Virus record (IMG/VR): IMGVR_UViG_3300001683_000042
Span: 1 to 52,602 of that record
DNA: 52,602 bases
DNA from: a virus
Taxonomy: Duplodnaviria > Caudoviricetes
Reading direction: 5' to 3' (one strand)
The notes beneath the pieces are model-generated. The model had not been told where the DNA came from and ran no database searches. It was given only the letters and a program-made list of their open reading frames with translations. Position 1 is the first letter of the stretch, and every line of letters starts with the position of its first letter. Positions 11,101-19,990 of this stretch are shown piece by piece. A program made the position numbers and the translations under genes.

Positions 11101-14100
11101 TATCCATGGAGCCGATACAGTACCACCTGTCGATGGAGCATTTGTACCAGCATTAGTAGCATCTATACATTTATACCATCTTGATTTATTCGTAGCAGGA
11201 TGGGTAGTATCAGTATATGATACCATTTGTCCTAAAATATATGTACCTGCACTTGCCCACGCTGGTGGTGCCCACCGACATACTGAACCTGCTGGATATG
11301 TTGTGCCTCCTGCATAATCTGAAACACCTGAACCTTGTATTTGTCCGGCCGCTACTGCCGCTACTGCATTGGTTATAATGGTTGCTTGATCAGTTCCAAT
11401 ATCATTAAATGCAGTTGTATAATCCACTGATCCGTTGGCTATAGAAGGCAACGTGCTTGCAAAGCCTGGTGCAGAATTAGAAGTTACAGCAGATTCTATA
11501 GTTTGTAAATTTGTATCAACTATTGTACTTTCTGCACTTGTACCTGGAGTTCCTGAAACATTTTGGGTTAATATTAATTGTTCAGGCGTCCAAGATGTGT
11601 CTTCTTCTATAACAAATTTAAGAACGTCTGCCATGTAATTATATGCTAATCCTGTGGTTTCTCTATGAGCGACAGGTATTTGGGATGCTCCGCCATCAAA
11701 AAATGAATGAGCACAAATAAATGTTCCAAAATCTCCTCCGTACATTAAATCATAACTTAAAGCATCTATAAAATATTTAGAGTCTCGTGTACATTTTGAT
11801 GCATCATGAACATAACCAGCACTACTGGCAACAGATGCTACCGCTGCCGCTATTATTGTTACTTGATCAGTTCCTATATCTGTATATGGAGTTATGTGAG
11901 TTGAAGTAGCAACATCTGGATATGTAGCCGCCGGTATACCTGCAGAACTATTAGCAGTAATTGCATCTTCAATAATTTGCATTAAATCTTGACATATTGT
12001 ACCTTCATCAACAGTTGCGGCTGTACCACTTACATCTTGCGTTTCGGTATTTCCTGTTTGAGGTGTTACTGCTGTCTCTTGAACAATATCATTGGCAACA
12101 GATGCCATATGTTGATATGCTAAAACAGTTACATTTCTTTCGACGGCAGTTGTTAATTGCGATACACCTCCATCAAAAAATGCTTTAGCCATTAAAGTTG
12201 TTGCACTTGTTCCACCATACATTAAGTCATAAGTTAATGCATCTACAAGATAACCGGAGTCTCTTGTACATTTCGCTGAATCATATGTACTAAAGTGAGT
12301 TGAATAATTAGTGGTTACCCATCCGTTTACATCGGAGGCAATAAAATCTTTATTTAATTGTAATTGGGATCCACCATTTTTTCTATCTGTCCAATCTGCT
12401 CTACCAATATTAAAATCTGGATAAGTTAAAACATCAGCATTACCAACACCATTATCTATAAGATCTTTTATTTCAGCATATGCGGCAACTATTGCAGTTT
12501 CTGCCGCGCCAGTTACATTAGTTAATGCTATTACTGCCGTTTCCGAATGATCAATAGCCTCTTGAACTCGTACTTTATCTGAAGAAACTGCATATAATGC
12601 TTGATTAAATCTAATACCTGTATTAACTGCCATCCAATTTGTGCCAATTGCCATGTCATATTTTGCGGCATCAACAACATACCCTAAGTCTCTTGTACAT
12701 AAATCTTGTTCTGCTTGTGTCATTGCACCAATATAATCTTCTATCCATGCATTAACTTCTGCGACTATAAAATTTTTATTTATTTGCATTTGGGCGACTG
12801 CATTTTGTTTATTTGCTGATGCGCCAAAAGCCGGAAAAGATGGTTGATCTGCCGCCGGAAGACCGTTGTTTATAATATCTACCACTTCATCAAATGCTTG
12901 TGTTACTTCTAAAACTATATCATTGTTTGTTGCAACACTAGTAATAGCAAGGGTTGCTGTTTTTGCATTATCAATTGCACCTAATACTCTTATTCTATCA
13001 ACCGTTGTTACATTTACTCCATAATTCATTCTATGACCGACTATATGTTGCATATAATTTGAACCTATTATCATGTCATATTTTGCGGCATTCATTACAT
13101 ATTCTAAATCTCGTGTACAAAATGTTTGTTCGCCAGATGTCATGGTTCCTGTTGACACCACACCCGGACTATACATAAGATTTTCTTCATCTGATCCTTT
13201 GTGAGCATCAACATACCATGTATATGATTCATCATCTGGATCCCAATGTATAGGAGTATCTTGTCCTTCATCTGCTCGTAATTTCCACCCTTTTGGTCCC
13301 GCACCTAATCTTGTGTTAGTGGAGGTTCTTATCATTATGTCACCAGAGGTGGTCATATTAGAAGCTGTATCACCTGCGGCAAGGGTATCCCAATAAGCAG
13401 AAGGCGGTTTTGTCGGAGAAGTTGAAGTTCCGTCTCCTGTATGTTCGTCTGTACAAATAAACGAACTATTTGTTTCTTTGGCCACATCACCTAAATAATA
13501 AGTTGTCGCACCGCTCCAATCTCCTTGAAATTGAAATCCTGTAGTTAATATAGTCCAATATGCCGCGTTTGTAATTGTTTCGTTGTATGTTGAAGAATTT
13601 GCATCGGTGTCTTGTATTGTCGGTGAATTACCAGTTGTGTCTACTCCTGCTACATAAACATAACCATGTCGAGTTACAACATCACCTGGATTATATGCTG
13701 TACCTGCATTATATTCGCCTCGAACTTTAAATCCTGTTGTAACAACTTCCCAATATGTAGTATTTGTCGGTAAATTACCTATTGAATCTTGATTTGCTGT
13801 ATAAGTATAACCACCATATGTAACAACATCCCCAACTTGATATTGTGTTGTATTATCATATGAATCTTCAAATTCTAAACCAGGAACAAATAAAGTAAAT
13901 TTAGCAGAATTAGTTGCCCAATCTGTGGCTGAAGTGTGATGAGCATTACATAGATATAAATTTGCTCCCCAGCGTACTATATCATTATTTTTATATGCTG
14001 TAGTTGCTTGCCATGCTGTACTAGCCGAATCGTAAGCAAAACTCTCAGTATGTAATGACCAATATGCATTACTATCTAAGTCTACATAAAAATCGGCATC

Positions 14101-14232
14101 AGAACTATGATTAATAATACATACATATGTATTACCTCCATATTTAATAATGTCGTCTATAATATATTGTGTGGCGGTAACCCAGTCACCTTTCCATTTA
14201 AATTTTAATCGTCCTAAAATAAAATCAGCCAT
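8158..14232 (-). CDS. Large virion fibre/spike protein with CBM5/12-like repeats, helical CTRD repeats and a pectin-lyase-like beta-helix
   Basis: 2024 aa; N-terminal W-x(3-4)-T-x-Y-x3-D-x-V-x-YGG repeats; four CTRD..Y...A..YD...G repeats; AFKSIRYCL...APGVFKE...VGLHG beta-helix start; FYTATDQDGNFDVG motif seen in phage structural proteins. Confidence 0.8.
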   Translation of the reverse strand: MADFILGRLKFKWKGDWVTATQYIIDDIIKYGGNTYVCIINHSSDADFYVDLDSNAYWSLHTESFAYDSASTAWQATTAYKNNDIVRWGANLYLCNAHHTSATDWATNSAKFTLFVPGLEFEDSYDNTTQYQVGDVVTYGGYTYTANQDSIGNLPTNTTYWEVVTTGFKVRGEYNAGTAYNPGDVVTRHGYVYVAGVDTTGNSPTIQDTDANSSTYNETITNAAYWTILTTGFQFQGDWSGATTYYLGDVAKETNSSFICTDEHTGDGTSTSPTKPPSAYWDTLAAGDTASNMTTSGDIMIRTSTNTRLGAGPKGWKLRADEGQDTPIHWDPDDESYTWYVDAHKGSDEENLMYSPGVVSTGTMTSGEQTFCTRDLEYVMNAAKYDMIIGSNYMQHIVGHRMNYGVNVTTVDRIRVLGAIDNAKTATLAITSVATNNDIVLEVTQAFDEVVDIINNGLPAADQPSFPAFGASANKQNAVAQMQINKNFIVAEVNAWIEDYIGAMTQAEQDLCTRDLGYVVDAAKYDMAIGTNWMAVNTGIRFNQALYAVSSDKVRVQEAIDHSETAVIALTNVTGAAETAIVAAYAEIKDLIDNGVGNADVLTYPDFNIGRADWTDRKNGGSQLQLNKDFIASDVNGWVTTNYSTHFSTYDSAKCTRDSGYLVDALTYDLMYGGTSATTLMAKAFFDGGVSQLTTAVERNVTVLAYQHMASVANDIVQETAVTPQTGNTETQDVSGTAATVDEGTICQDLMQIIEDAITANSSAGIPAATYPDVATSTHITPYTDIGTDQVTIIAAAVASVASSAGYVHDASKCTRDSKYFIDALSYDLMYGGDFGTFICAHSFFDGGASQIPVAHRETTGLAYNYMADVLKFVIEEDTSWTPEQLILTQNVSGTPGTSAESTIVDTNLQTIESAVTSNSAPGFASTLPSIANGSVDYTTAFNDIGTDQATIITNAVAAVAAGQIQGSGVSDYAGGTTYPAGSVCRWAPPAWASAGTYILGQMVSYTDTTHPATNKSRWYKCIDATNAGTNAPSTGGTVSAPWILLAPSETINQVSAVDPNNVSVFYGKDRLYGNTDVTTTSNYGGDETMYQIFMAIKERATVTPINDTTGEINEGWQLVLNGVKVDVYGQVTGIITWGKNPSAAFKSIRYCLQRSRSGDQVMCAPGVFKEFLPMVIPAGVGLHGKEKRTTFIEPNMEDDGGNGVGISMLGAGRPNNEVAMFYCNDAITVNGFTFRGLTGNVSDVLGQSPPVQPTVKGVCFRLDPNGAINLKSPFIQNAVSINDGGGGIYCDGYDAPYGKYQSFCTNDFTQINSDGFGLFATNKGRIEAVSVFTHYNHVGYLTTNGGIIHSTGGGNSYGEYGSASEGNFETEANLAQKIGNIDNRTGEALPYRVVVDVATGKVIRMEFQYAGEEYTTADVTFSAPGDPDAGTSAVGGAATFARSYSNNGITRITASNNIIDLNRYIGNAQSGTNPAAGFTILCSLASTTTITPVSNTSSLVVGMEVSGTGIPTGATIVTIPDSATFTISAAATITGSSTLTFTTSATVQLTAANTIPANDYIGMTVNILSGTAAGQYGTIRSYDFTTKIATLNGLWTSMTGDPTLIPDLTSQYEVVPTVTLTGGAAPTTAAYLHCQVSTDNEVEEILIVNSGQGYDTTDLPTLAIVDPAADATTLSAYNATLNIADGIPVWSRTSGGGGYPAGMTQGLLTPGTTIASITGDGYAQVSQTGSYMYVKNLHIEPKDGSNIKIGTNPIFYTVTNVIGYTNSGGANGTALIHISPQMTTASSPIHGTSIQFREEYSSCRLTGHDFLSIGTGDFVTSNYPGVPTQAADPTKEVLEGAGGRVFYTATDQDGNFDVGGLFSVQQSSKKATMNVEDFTLVGVQELGLSAGATVNEFSIDGTLSGNSDTALVTEKAIKTYVSDQLGGSESNIGVNTATVGSLFISGTTISTVASSGTDLQLNSDTGKVVFAGEPQSNAAVTTNTSLITKTYFEDNFLTQQLVSAIMETLDNNRVAGTASPDTP

Positions 14233-14259
14233 TGGTGTGATTCCTTATATCATTTAATA

Positions 14260-14267
14260 TATTTATT
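14260..14267 (-). promoter_or_regulatory. Putative late promoter (AATAAATA)
   Basis: T4-late-like octamer about 28 nt upstream of the 2024-aa gene, followed by an AAGGA RBS. Confidence 0.55.
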
Positions 14268-14292
14268 CAATAATTTCTATTAAAATTATACT

Positions 14293-14733
14293 TTAAACTG
14301 CCGTTGACCCGCCAGTTGATGTATAAACATAATCTTGTTTGTATCTTGCTACTATTTTCCCATCAACATTTAGATAATAAAATAATTTTAAATTATCAAA
14401 TCTAAATTGATCATGGTTTTTGTTACTTATATTTGTGTCCCATGAATTTCTACCTGTTTCAGTATATCCAGGTTGAAGATTATTATATTCGGTTGTTCCG
14501 TCATCTAATGTACCATCTAACATATCGTCTAAACCATTAAATGCAAACCCATTACTATTTGTAAGTTCTACGGTCTCTGTTCCATTTAATTTTATTTTAG
14601 TATATGTTAAAAGACCATCAGCATCTCTTTTAAATCCATGATAAGCATAATCGTCGGATATTTGATTTACCCCTCCACTACCTGTAACAGAGCCTGCCGA
14701 AGGACTTAAATAATCAGAAAGATAAAGTGCCAT
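14293..14733 (-). CDS. Hypothetical virion protein
   Basis: Start moved to ATG 14733 (MALYLSDYL), which overlaps the upstream stop as TAATG; lies within the structural cluster. Confidence 0.7.
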   Translation of the reverse strand: MALYLSDYLSPSAGSVTGSGGVNQISDDYAYHGFKRDADGLLTYTKIKLNGTETVELTNSNGFAFNGLDDMLDGTLDDGTTEYNNLQPGYTETGRNSWDTNISNKNHDQFRFDNLKLFYYLNVDGKIVARYKQDYVYTSTGGSTAV

Positions 14734-15155
14734 TAAAATATTCTCCAAGTGGTACCATTATAAGATAAACCAAAAGACGCATTATTGTAATCTACTAATA
14801 AATCGTCTGATAAATCCATAATTGTTTTTCCATTTCGTAAAATTATAACATTTAAACTTGCAAAGTTTCCGCCGCCATCTGATATACGAATTGCATCACC
14901 AGAATTTGGTGCGGCCGGTAATGTTATATTAACCGGATTAGATCTTGTGTCTACTTGAACATTTTCGCCAGCGGCAATTGCAAAATCTGCATTTTTATAT
15001 GTTACAGTTGGTTGAGCACCATGTAATGTTTTAAAAACTAAATTTCCCGCTCCATCTGTTGCAACCGCATCACCTGCTGTTGCTGTATTTGATGTTTTGA
15101 GAGTTGATGCTGTCACTGATTCGTTAGAAATTAAACTTGTAGTTTTTAATGCCAT
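14733..15155 (-). CDS. Small fibre-related structural protein
   Basis: 140 aa; VDT...ITLPAAPNSGDAIRISD...NF...RNGKTI...L.Y...W domain common in phage fibre proteins. Confidence 0.7.
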   Translation of the reverse strand: MALKTTSLISNESVTASTLKTSNTATAGDAVATDGAGNLVFKTLHGAQPTVTYKNADFAIAAGENVQVDTRSNPVNITLPAAPNSGDAIRISDGGGNFASLNVIILRNGKTIMDLSDDLLVDYNNASFGLSYNGTTWRIF

Positions 15156-15179
15156 TATTCATCCTGTACTCCATATTAA

Positions 15180-15187
15180 TATTTATC
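15180..15187 (-). promoter_or_regulatory. Putative late promoter (GATAAATA)
   Basis: Octamer 25 nt upstream of ATG 15155. Confidence 0.55.
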
Positions 15188-15214
15188 TTTGAAATTTCTT
15201 TTAATGGGGATAAG

Positions 15215-15237
15215 AATGGGGCAAGATATGCCCCATT
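15215..15237 (-). terminator. Stem-loop after the 15251..15646 gene, possibly a weak terminator
   Basis: AATGGGGCA/TGCCCCATT 9-bp inverted repeat with a poor U tract. Confidence 0.4.
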
Positions 15238-15250
15238 ATAAAATAGATTA

Positions 15251-15646
15251 TCAATCGGTTTCGAAGTCGTCTGTACCTGTGAATGAAGCATCTGTTCCCG
15301 CTTCTTCCATTTCTACTGTAGTACCTGTACCTGTGAAATCCCAAGCTACTTGAACTCCGGTGTCACCTAATGTTACTCTTCTACCAGTAATTTTTGTTAC
15401 TTGAGAATATGTTGAGCCTTCTTTAACAGTAATACTCATATCACCTACTGCTAAAGTTCCTTGATTTTTATCTACTAATGCACAAACCATTGGATTTGTT
15501 CCATCTGTACATTTAAAGCGTTTTGAGCCAACTTGTTTAACAATCCAACCATTGGCTTCTGATTCACCTGTTGCTCTATATCTTACTTTAAAATCGGTAC
15601 CTGCATCGGGGGTACCAAAGTGTCTTTTATTAATAGGTCTTCCCAT
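15251..15646 (-). CDS. Hypothetical protein downstream of the major capsid gene, likely structural
   Basis: Start moved to ATG 15646 (MGRPINKRHFG), which has an AAGGAG RBS at 15653-15658. Confidence 0.7.
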   Translation of the reverse strand: MGRPINKRHFGTPDAGTDFKVRYRATGESEANGWIVKQVGSKRFKCTDGTNPMVCALVDKNQGTLAVGDMSITVKEGSTYSQVTKITGRRVTLGDTGVQVAWDFTGTGTTVEMEEAGTDASFTGTDDFETD

Positions 15647-15651
15647 TTGTT

Positions 15652-15712
15652 TCTCCTTTGTGGTTCTAGCCATCTACGGGGTGGGTAACCCCATAAACCC
15701 TTTCGGGGCAAT
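15652..15712 (-). promoter_or_regulatory. Structured GC-rich 5' leader, candidate cis-regulatory RNA
   Basis: CCC-GAAA-GGG hairpin, then a GUUUAUGGGGU/ACCCCGUAGAU stem, just before the RBS; GATAAGTA promoter-like site just upstream. Confidence 0.45.
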
Positions 15713-15724
15713 AATACTTATCAT

Positions 15725-15756
15725 AAAAAAAGGGTATATCCGAAGATATACCCTTT
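15725..15756 (-). terminator. Rho-independent terminator after the major capsid gene
   Basis: GGGTATATC-TTCG-GATATACCC stem with a C(UUCG)G loop and a following poly-T on the minus strand. Confidence 0.9.
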
Positions 15757-15777
15757 AGTAACCAATATAGTAACAGT

Positions 15778-16947
15778 TTACTGAAACTTAACGTTTGCGT
15801 TGGTAATCGCAATGTTTGCCAAATAGTCAGCGGCGTTACCTAAGGATGAAGCTTGATTTGAAAGCTCAACATAACCGTATCGTGTCATAAATGAAACGAC
15901 TGGTTCGAAGCTTGCAGGATCAAGTACAACCCCAGAGCTCATCAGCGGAATGTATGGGCAATAAAAACTTGCGGCATCCATTTCACCTGGGCCTTTGTAA
16001 CCAACCAGTACTGCGGCACTATCGGCTGCATACTGATTAACATAAACACGAACTGAACTATTTAAAGTTCCAACAAATTTTGTATTAGTTGGTGCTTCAA
16101 AAGTACCTTCAGTTGTTCTTGCGAACGCCGAAGTTGTTGCACTTTGAAGTATTGTTAATGCAAATGGACTAACAACCACCCAGTTACCAGCGCCACGTCT
16201 TGTACGTGCGGCGATGATATTAGCGGCTCTATTTACTAGAACTGCTAATGCGGCGTGTTCGTCACCAACAAAAGTTGCTGTACCTGAAACAGCGGCTTGG
16301 TCATATGTATCTACTGCTGTTCCTGATAAACTTGTTAATGAACTGATAATTTCTTGATCAATTTCAGTTGTAATCTCTTGTGCAAGAGCGGCCATTACTT
16401 CGGCCTCAACATCAATACCATGCTGGCTTTGGGCATCCTGAGATGCTTCAAAGGTCCAACGAGCGGACAGTCTGCGAGTTTTCGCTTCAACTGTTTGCTT
16501 CAAGATTTGGATTGACATTTTATTACCAGGAATACCTTCCAAAACGCCTGTGGCGCCTGGAGCGGCACTTGAACCTGGTGCACCTGAATAAGCGTTAGCA
16601 ATCTTAAATGGGCTCAATGCTTCTTCACCCGCGGTTGCTCCGTTATCTGTATCTGCGTATCTTACACGCAAAGTGTGAATTTGTCCTACTGGACCAGTCA
16701 TTGGTTGTACACCAATTAGCTCGTTTGCGATAACAGTAGGCATTACCCTTCTGATAACAGGAAGGATAACTTTGTTTAAAGTAGCAACGTTACCTGCATT
16801 AGTTGCGCCTGCACCAGCTGTTTCCATCAGTGCTTGACGTGTATTTTCTAATGTGGTTTCCATTACAACTCTTTTGTTGCCTTCAAGTCCTTCACACAGA
16901 GCGTCCTTAGTCGGTTGCCAGTTTGACTCAAATAGTGCGTCTGCCAT
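15778..16947 (-). CDS. gp23: Major capsid protein (T4 gp23-like)
   Basis: VIRRVMPTVIANELIGVQPMTGPVGQIHTLR, VEAKTRRLSARWTFE, FYCPYIPL and FMTRYG motifs. Confidence 0.97.
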   Translation of the reverse strand: MADALFESNWQPTKDALCEGLEGNKRVVMETTLENTRQALMETAGAGATNAGNVATLNKVILPVIRRVMPTVIANELIGVQPMTGPVGQIHTLRVRYADTDNGATAGEEALSPFKIANAYSGAPGSSAAPGATGVLEGIPGNKMSIQILKQTVEAKTRRLSARWTFEASQDAQSQHGIDVEAEVMAALAQEITTEIDQEIISSLTSLSGTAVDTYDQAAVSGTATFVGDEHAALAVLVNRAANIIAARTRRGAGNWVVVSPFALTILQSATTSAFARTTEGTFEAPTNTKFVGTLNSSVRVYVNQYAADSAAVLVGYKGPGEMDAASFYCPYIPLMSSGVVLDPASFEPVVSFMTRYGYVELSNQASSLGNAADYLANIAITNANVKFQ

Positions 16948-16966
16948 AATTAATTCTCCTTAAAAA

Positions 16967-18103
16967 TTATAATCCTGCTAGTTTTTGTAGGTTAATAATC
17001 TCAGCCTGTGCATCGGTCGTTACCGGCGATACATGGATTGGTTTATTACCTGTTATCACAGTTTTCTGTGCTCTAGCTTTTGGCTGTACATTTTCTTTTA
17101 ATGTTTTTTTGGAAGCTGTACTTTTTGCTTCTTTTTTAACATTTTCATTAAGAACTGTTGGTAAATACTTCTCGTATTGTTTTTTAAGATTTTCTGTCTG
17201 TACTGTTGATAACAGATCTTCCATAATCTCTTTTCTATCTCTAGAAAGAGGTGTCAACAATTCTGATAACACTTTATCTCGTTTTGCAATATCTTCTGCT
17301 ATACGAGTTAGTTTTTGTGCTTCTGAAAGTTCTAGTTGTTTAGACGAAATTTGTACTTGCGCCTCTTCAATTGTTCCTTCCAGATCTTTAATTTTACTGG
17401 ACAGTTTTTTAACTTCTGTCCCTTCAGCTAAGTGACTTGTCATAAACTCTGCCGCAAAAGCTTCAAACATTTTTCTTCCAAAAGCATTCTCACGGGCCGA
17501 TTTGATATCTTCTTTCAAAGAACCAATTTCCCCTCTGAGTGTGCTTTCAACAATGTGTTCTACTTTCTCGGCTGCTTTTCTAACAAAATTAGCTTTTGTA
17601 TCACGTAAAAGTTGTTTTCCTTCCTTAACCAGTTTAACCTTCTGTTCTACAACAGATTGCTTATCTGAGTGGAATTCATTCAACTCTTTTGTTAACTGTT
17701 TCAAGACAAAACCTTCTAGTTTTTTAAAGTTTGTGCCTTGGGTGTTCCGATCCTCACGGAGTTCGGTTATTTCCTTCTTCAGAGCATTCATTAAGAACGT
17801 ATCCAATACTTCTGCATGTTCGCGCATTCTCTGTTTGTATTGAACTCGTGCCTCAATTAATGCACCTTTATCATGTGCAAATTCCTCAACCTCTTGCTTA
17901 ATAGCATCAGTTAACATGTTATCCATTGCTTCAACAATTTGCTCTTTATCGTTTGTGTAACGACCTGCAAATTCTTCACGGATTTCATTAGTAATCTGCT
18001 CACGAGCCTCGGAAAGTTTTACTTCCCAAGCCTCTGTTAATGAAGTTTTAACATCTTCCGACAGGACATCGCCACCTAATAGCTCTTCAAAAGCGTCTGC
18101 CAT
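16967..18103 (-). CDS. gp22: Prohead core scaffolding protein (gp22-like)
   Basis: 378-aa charged coiled-coil protein between the protease and capsid genes. Confidence 0.8.
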   Translation of the reverse strand: MADAFEELLGGDVLSEDVKTSLTEAWEVKLSEAREQITNEIREEFAGRYTNDKEQIVEAMDNMLTDAIKQEVEEFAHDKGALIEARVQYKQRMREHAEVLDTFLMNALKKEITELREDRNTQGTNFKKLEGFVLKQLTKELNEFHSDKQSVVEQKVKLVKEGKQLLRDTKANFVRKAAEKVEHIVESTLRGEIGSLKEDIKSARENAFGRKMFEAFAAEFMTSHLAEGTEVKKLSSKIKDLEGTIEEAQVQISSKQLELSEAQKLTRIAEDIAKRDKVLSELLTPLSRDRKEIMEDLLSTVQTENLKKQYEKYLPTVLNENVKKEAKSTASKKTLKENVQPKARAQKTVITGNKPIHVSPVTTDAQAEIINLQKLAGL

Positions 18104-18114
18104 AATTAATTCTC

Positions 18115-18744
18115 CTAAATTTTAAGACTGTCGATAAAACCGACAATCCCTTTAGTAAGGTGTTTTTGCGCTTTAACATCATACCGAACAGCCTCAGCCA
18201 ATTCCAACAATGATCCACTGTTTTTATAATTTTCCAGTCTTTCATATATTGGATCCGGATAAGCGTTCGGTGCGCTCGGTTGTGCAACAATATCAACTGT
18301 TACAATTTCAAAATCGGAGACCTTTCCACCCTCACTGACGTTTCCTGATCCCCTTGAACTAACACCTAGTTTAACACCACTCTCTAATAGTGTTTTAACT
18401 AGGTTACCCATAGGTGTTGGTAAAATTTTAAGTTTTCCGACTCCATCTGCACCATGCATATCCATCTCTTGGATTACATGAGAAACACGATCTAAATTAA
18501 CAGTTAGATCTTCTGGATGGTCGGCTTCTCCTAATACCGAATACCCTGAGCTAATTTTTTCTCTTAGCGTTTTTACCGCTTTATTAATTTCATTAATGGG
18601 ATATATCCTTGAATTTTGATTTTTTACATCACCTTGAATAAAAACTCCTCGCATGAAGAGATTTTTATCGCCGGAATCTCCAACAACAGATTCAACCTGT
18701 ATATTAGCCTGATCAAAGGTTAACTGTTCAACTAATATTCCCAT
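18115..18744 (-). CDS. gp21: Prohead maturation protease (gp21-like)
   Basis: GVFIQGDVKNQNSRIYP, LGEADHP, GVSSRGSG and DIVAQPSAPNAY motifs. Confidence 0.95.
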   Translation of the reverse strand: MGILVEQLTFDQANIQVESVVGDSGDKNLFMRGVFIQGDVKNQNSRIYPINEINKAVKTLREKISSGYSVLGEADHPEDLTVNLDRVSHVIQEMDMHGADGVGKLKILPTPMGNLVKTLLESGVKLGVSSRGSGNVSEGGKVSDFEIVTVDIVAQPSAPNAYPDPIYERLENYKNSGSLLELAEAVRYDVKAQKHLTKGIVGFIDSLKI

Positions 18745-18749
18745 TTATA

Positions 18750-19625
18750 TTATGCTCCGCCTACAGAACCATCTATTGGCGATTTTTTGTTACTTGCTTC
18801 TTCACTGTTTTTTGGATCTGATACGTTTGATTGTGACTTACCGGCTTTTCCACCAGGTACATTTACATTACCTGCGTTATCTTCTTTTACAGAATTATCA
18901 CCGTGATCACCGTCAGAACCGTCATTTACTTTAACAGCAGTTCCGCCCATATCGTTTTTACTTGCTACAGGGGATTTACTACCTACAGCACCTGTTGATC
19001 CACCAGCGGCTGCAAAACCTGTTTCGCTCATGCTAGGTTCTGGAACATTTACTGCACCTTCACCTACTTGCTCATAATCAAGTTCTTCGTCTACTGGTTG
19101 TTCTTTGTTGCCGCCCATCATTAATGCATCTTCTTCTTCTGCATCAACCATGTCACTCATATCATCAACTGGTGCGTCCCCCATTTCATCATCCACAGGT
19201 TCTTCATCACCCATTAATTGAGCAAATTCGGCTTTAAGTTCGTCTAAAGCATCTTCTACATTCATGAAAGCATCTTCAACTGGATCTTCACCCATTTCAT
19301 CATCCATTGGCATTTCGTCGGCCAGTGGATCTTCTTCGGCTACTTCTTCTTGATCAATCATTTCGCTGTCAGTTTCGACTTCGTCTGCAAATTGATCTTG
19401 AATGTCTGCTTCTTCTACTTTTTCTTTGTCTTCGTCGTCGTCGGATTTTGCTTCCTCGACTTCTTCTTCTGTTGCTTCCTCGATCTCATCATCTTCGGTT
19501 GCAATTTCTTCGTAAATGCCTCGAGCCTTTTCCACAAATACATCATGAAGGAGGTCGCTGGCCTTCTCGTTTTCCTCGTTTATGATAAATTCGAGGACTT
19601 TTTCAAGTTTTTCTCTCGTGGTCAT
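18750..19625 (-). CDS. Acidic prohead core protein (gp67/68-like position)
   Basis: Start moved to ATG 19625 (MTTREKL) with an AGGAG RBS; very Asp/Glu-rich; between portal and protease. Confidence 0.7.
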   Translation of the reverse strand: MTTREKLEKVLEFIINEENEKASDLLHDVFVEKARGIYEEIATEDDEIEEATEEEVEEAKSDDDEDKEKVEEADIQDQFADEVETDSEMIDQEEVAEEDPLADEMPMDDEMGEDPVEDAFMNVEDALDELKAEFAQLMGDEEPVDDEMGDAPVDDMSDMVDAEEEDALMMGGNKEQPVDEELDYEQVGEGAVNVPEPSMSETGFAAAGGSTGAVGSKSPVASKNDMGGTAVKVNDGSDGDHGDNSVKEDNAGNVNVPGGKAGKSQSNVSDPKNSEEASNKKSPIDGSVGGA

Positions 19626-19663
19626 ATAATTACTCCTAAAGAAAGCGTTTTTGAAACTAGTAT

Positions 19664-19671
19664 TATTTACA
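19664..19671 (-). promoter_or_regulatory. Putative late promoter (TGTAAATA)
   Basis: TAAATA core upstream of the core-protease-scaffold-capsid genes. Confidence 0.5.
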
Positions 19672-19729
19672 ATTTGAGAGAGAAATATGCAAGAAAACGG
19701 TCTAAAAATCGCCATTCTTGAAGAAAAAA

Positions 19730-19990
19730 TTACATAGTTGGCGGTGGTGCTGGTGGGATTCCGTAAATTTCTTTAAAAAATTTGTATCTTTTATCAAGAT
19801 CTAACTTTTTTAATTTACGCATTTTCTTTAATTTATTCAAATGAGTGAGGGTTAATCTCGGACGCCGACTATCATCATATTCATATTTAGATTGATCATC
19901 AATTACTTCGTATTGTGTACCTACATTATCTGAATGAGGTGCTTCAGATAATTGTCTAAATTCTTTCATCATATCTACATAATTTTTCAT
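19730..19990 (-). CDS. Small basic head-module protein
   Basis: 86 aa, coupled to the portal stop (TAATG); DSRRPRLTLTHLNKLKKMR. Confidence 0.7.
   Translation of the reverse strand: MKNYVDMMKEFRQLSEAPHSDNVGTQYEVIDDQSKYEYDDSRRPRLTLTHLNKLKKMRKLKKLDLDKRYKFFKEIYGIPPAPPPTM

Noticed and set aside
11330-13150. Calling the phage a cyanophage from the phycobilin-like motif
   Set aside because: No photosynthesis genes in the window; the host cannot be determined from this sequence
19626-19715. Longer N-termini from the ORF track (also 15647..15673, 14734..14748, 32132..32290, 36766..36777, 43800..43835)
   Set aside because: Downstream ATGs have a better RBS, stop-start coupling or promoter context; the extensions overlap regulatory elements or neighbouring genes
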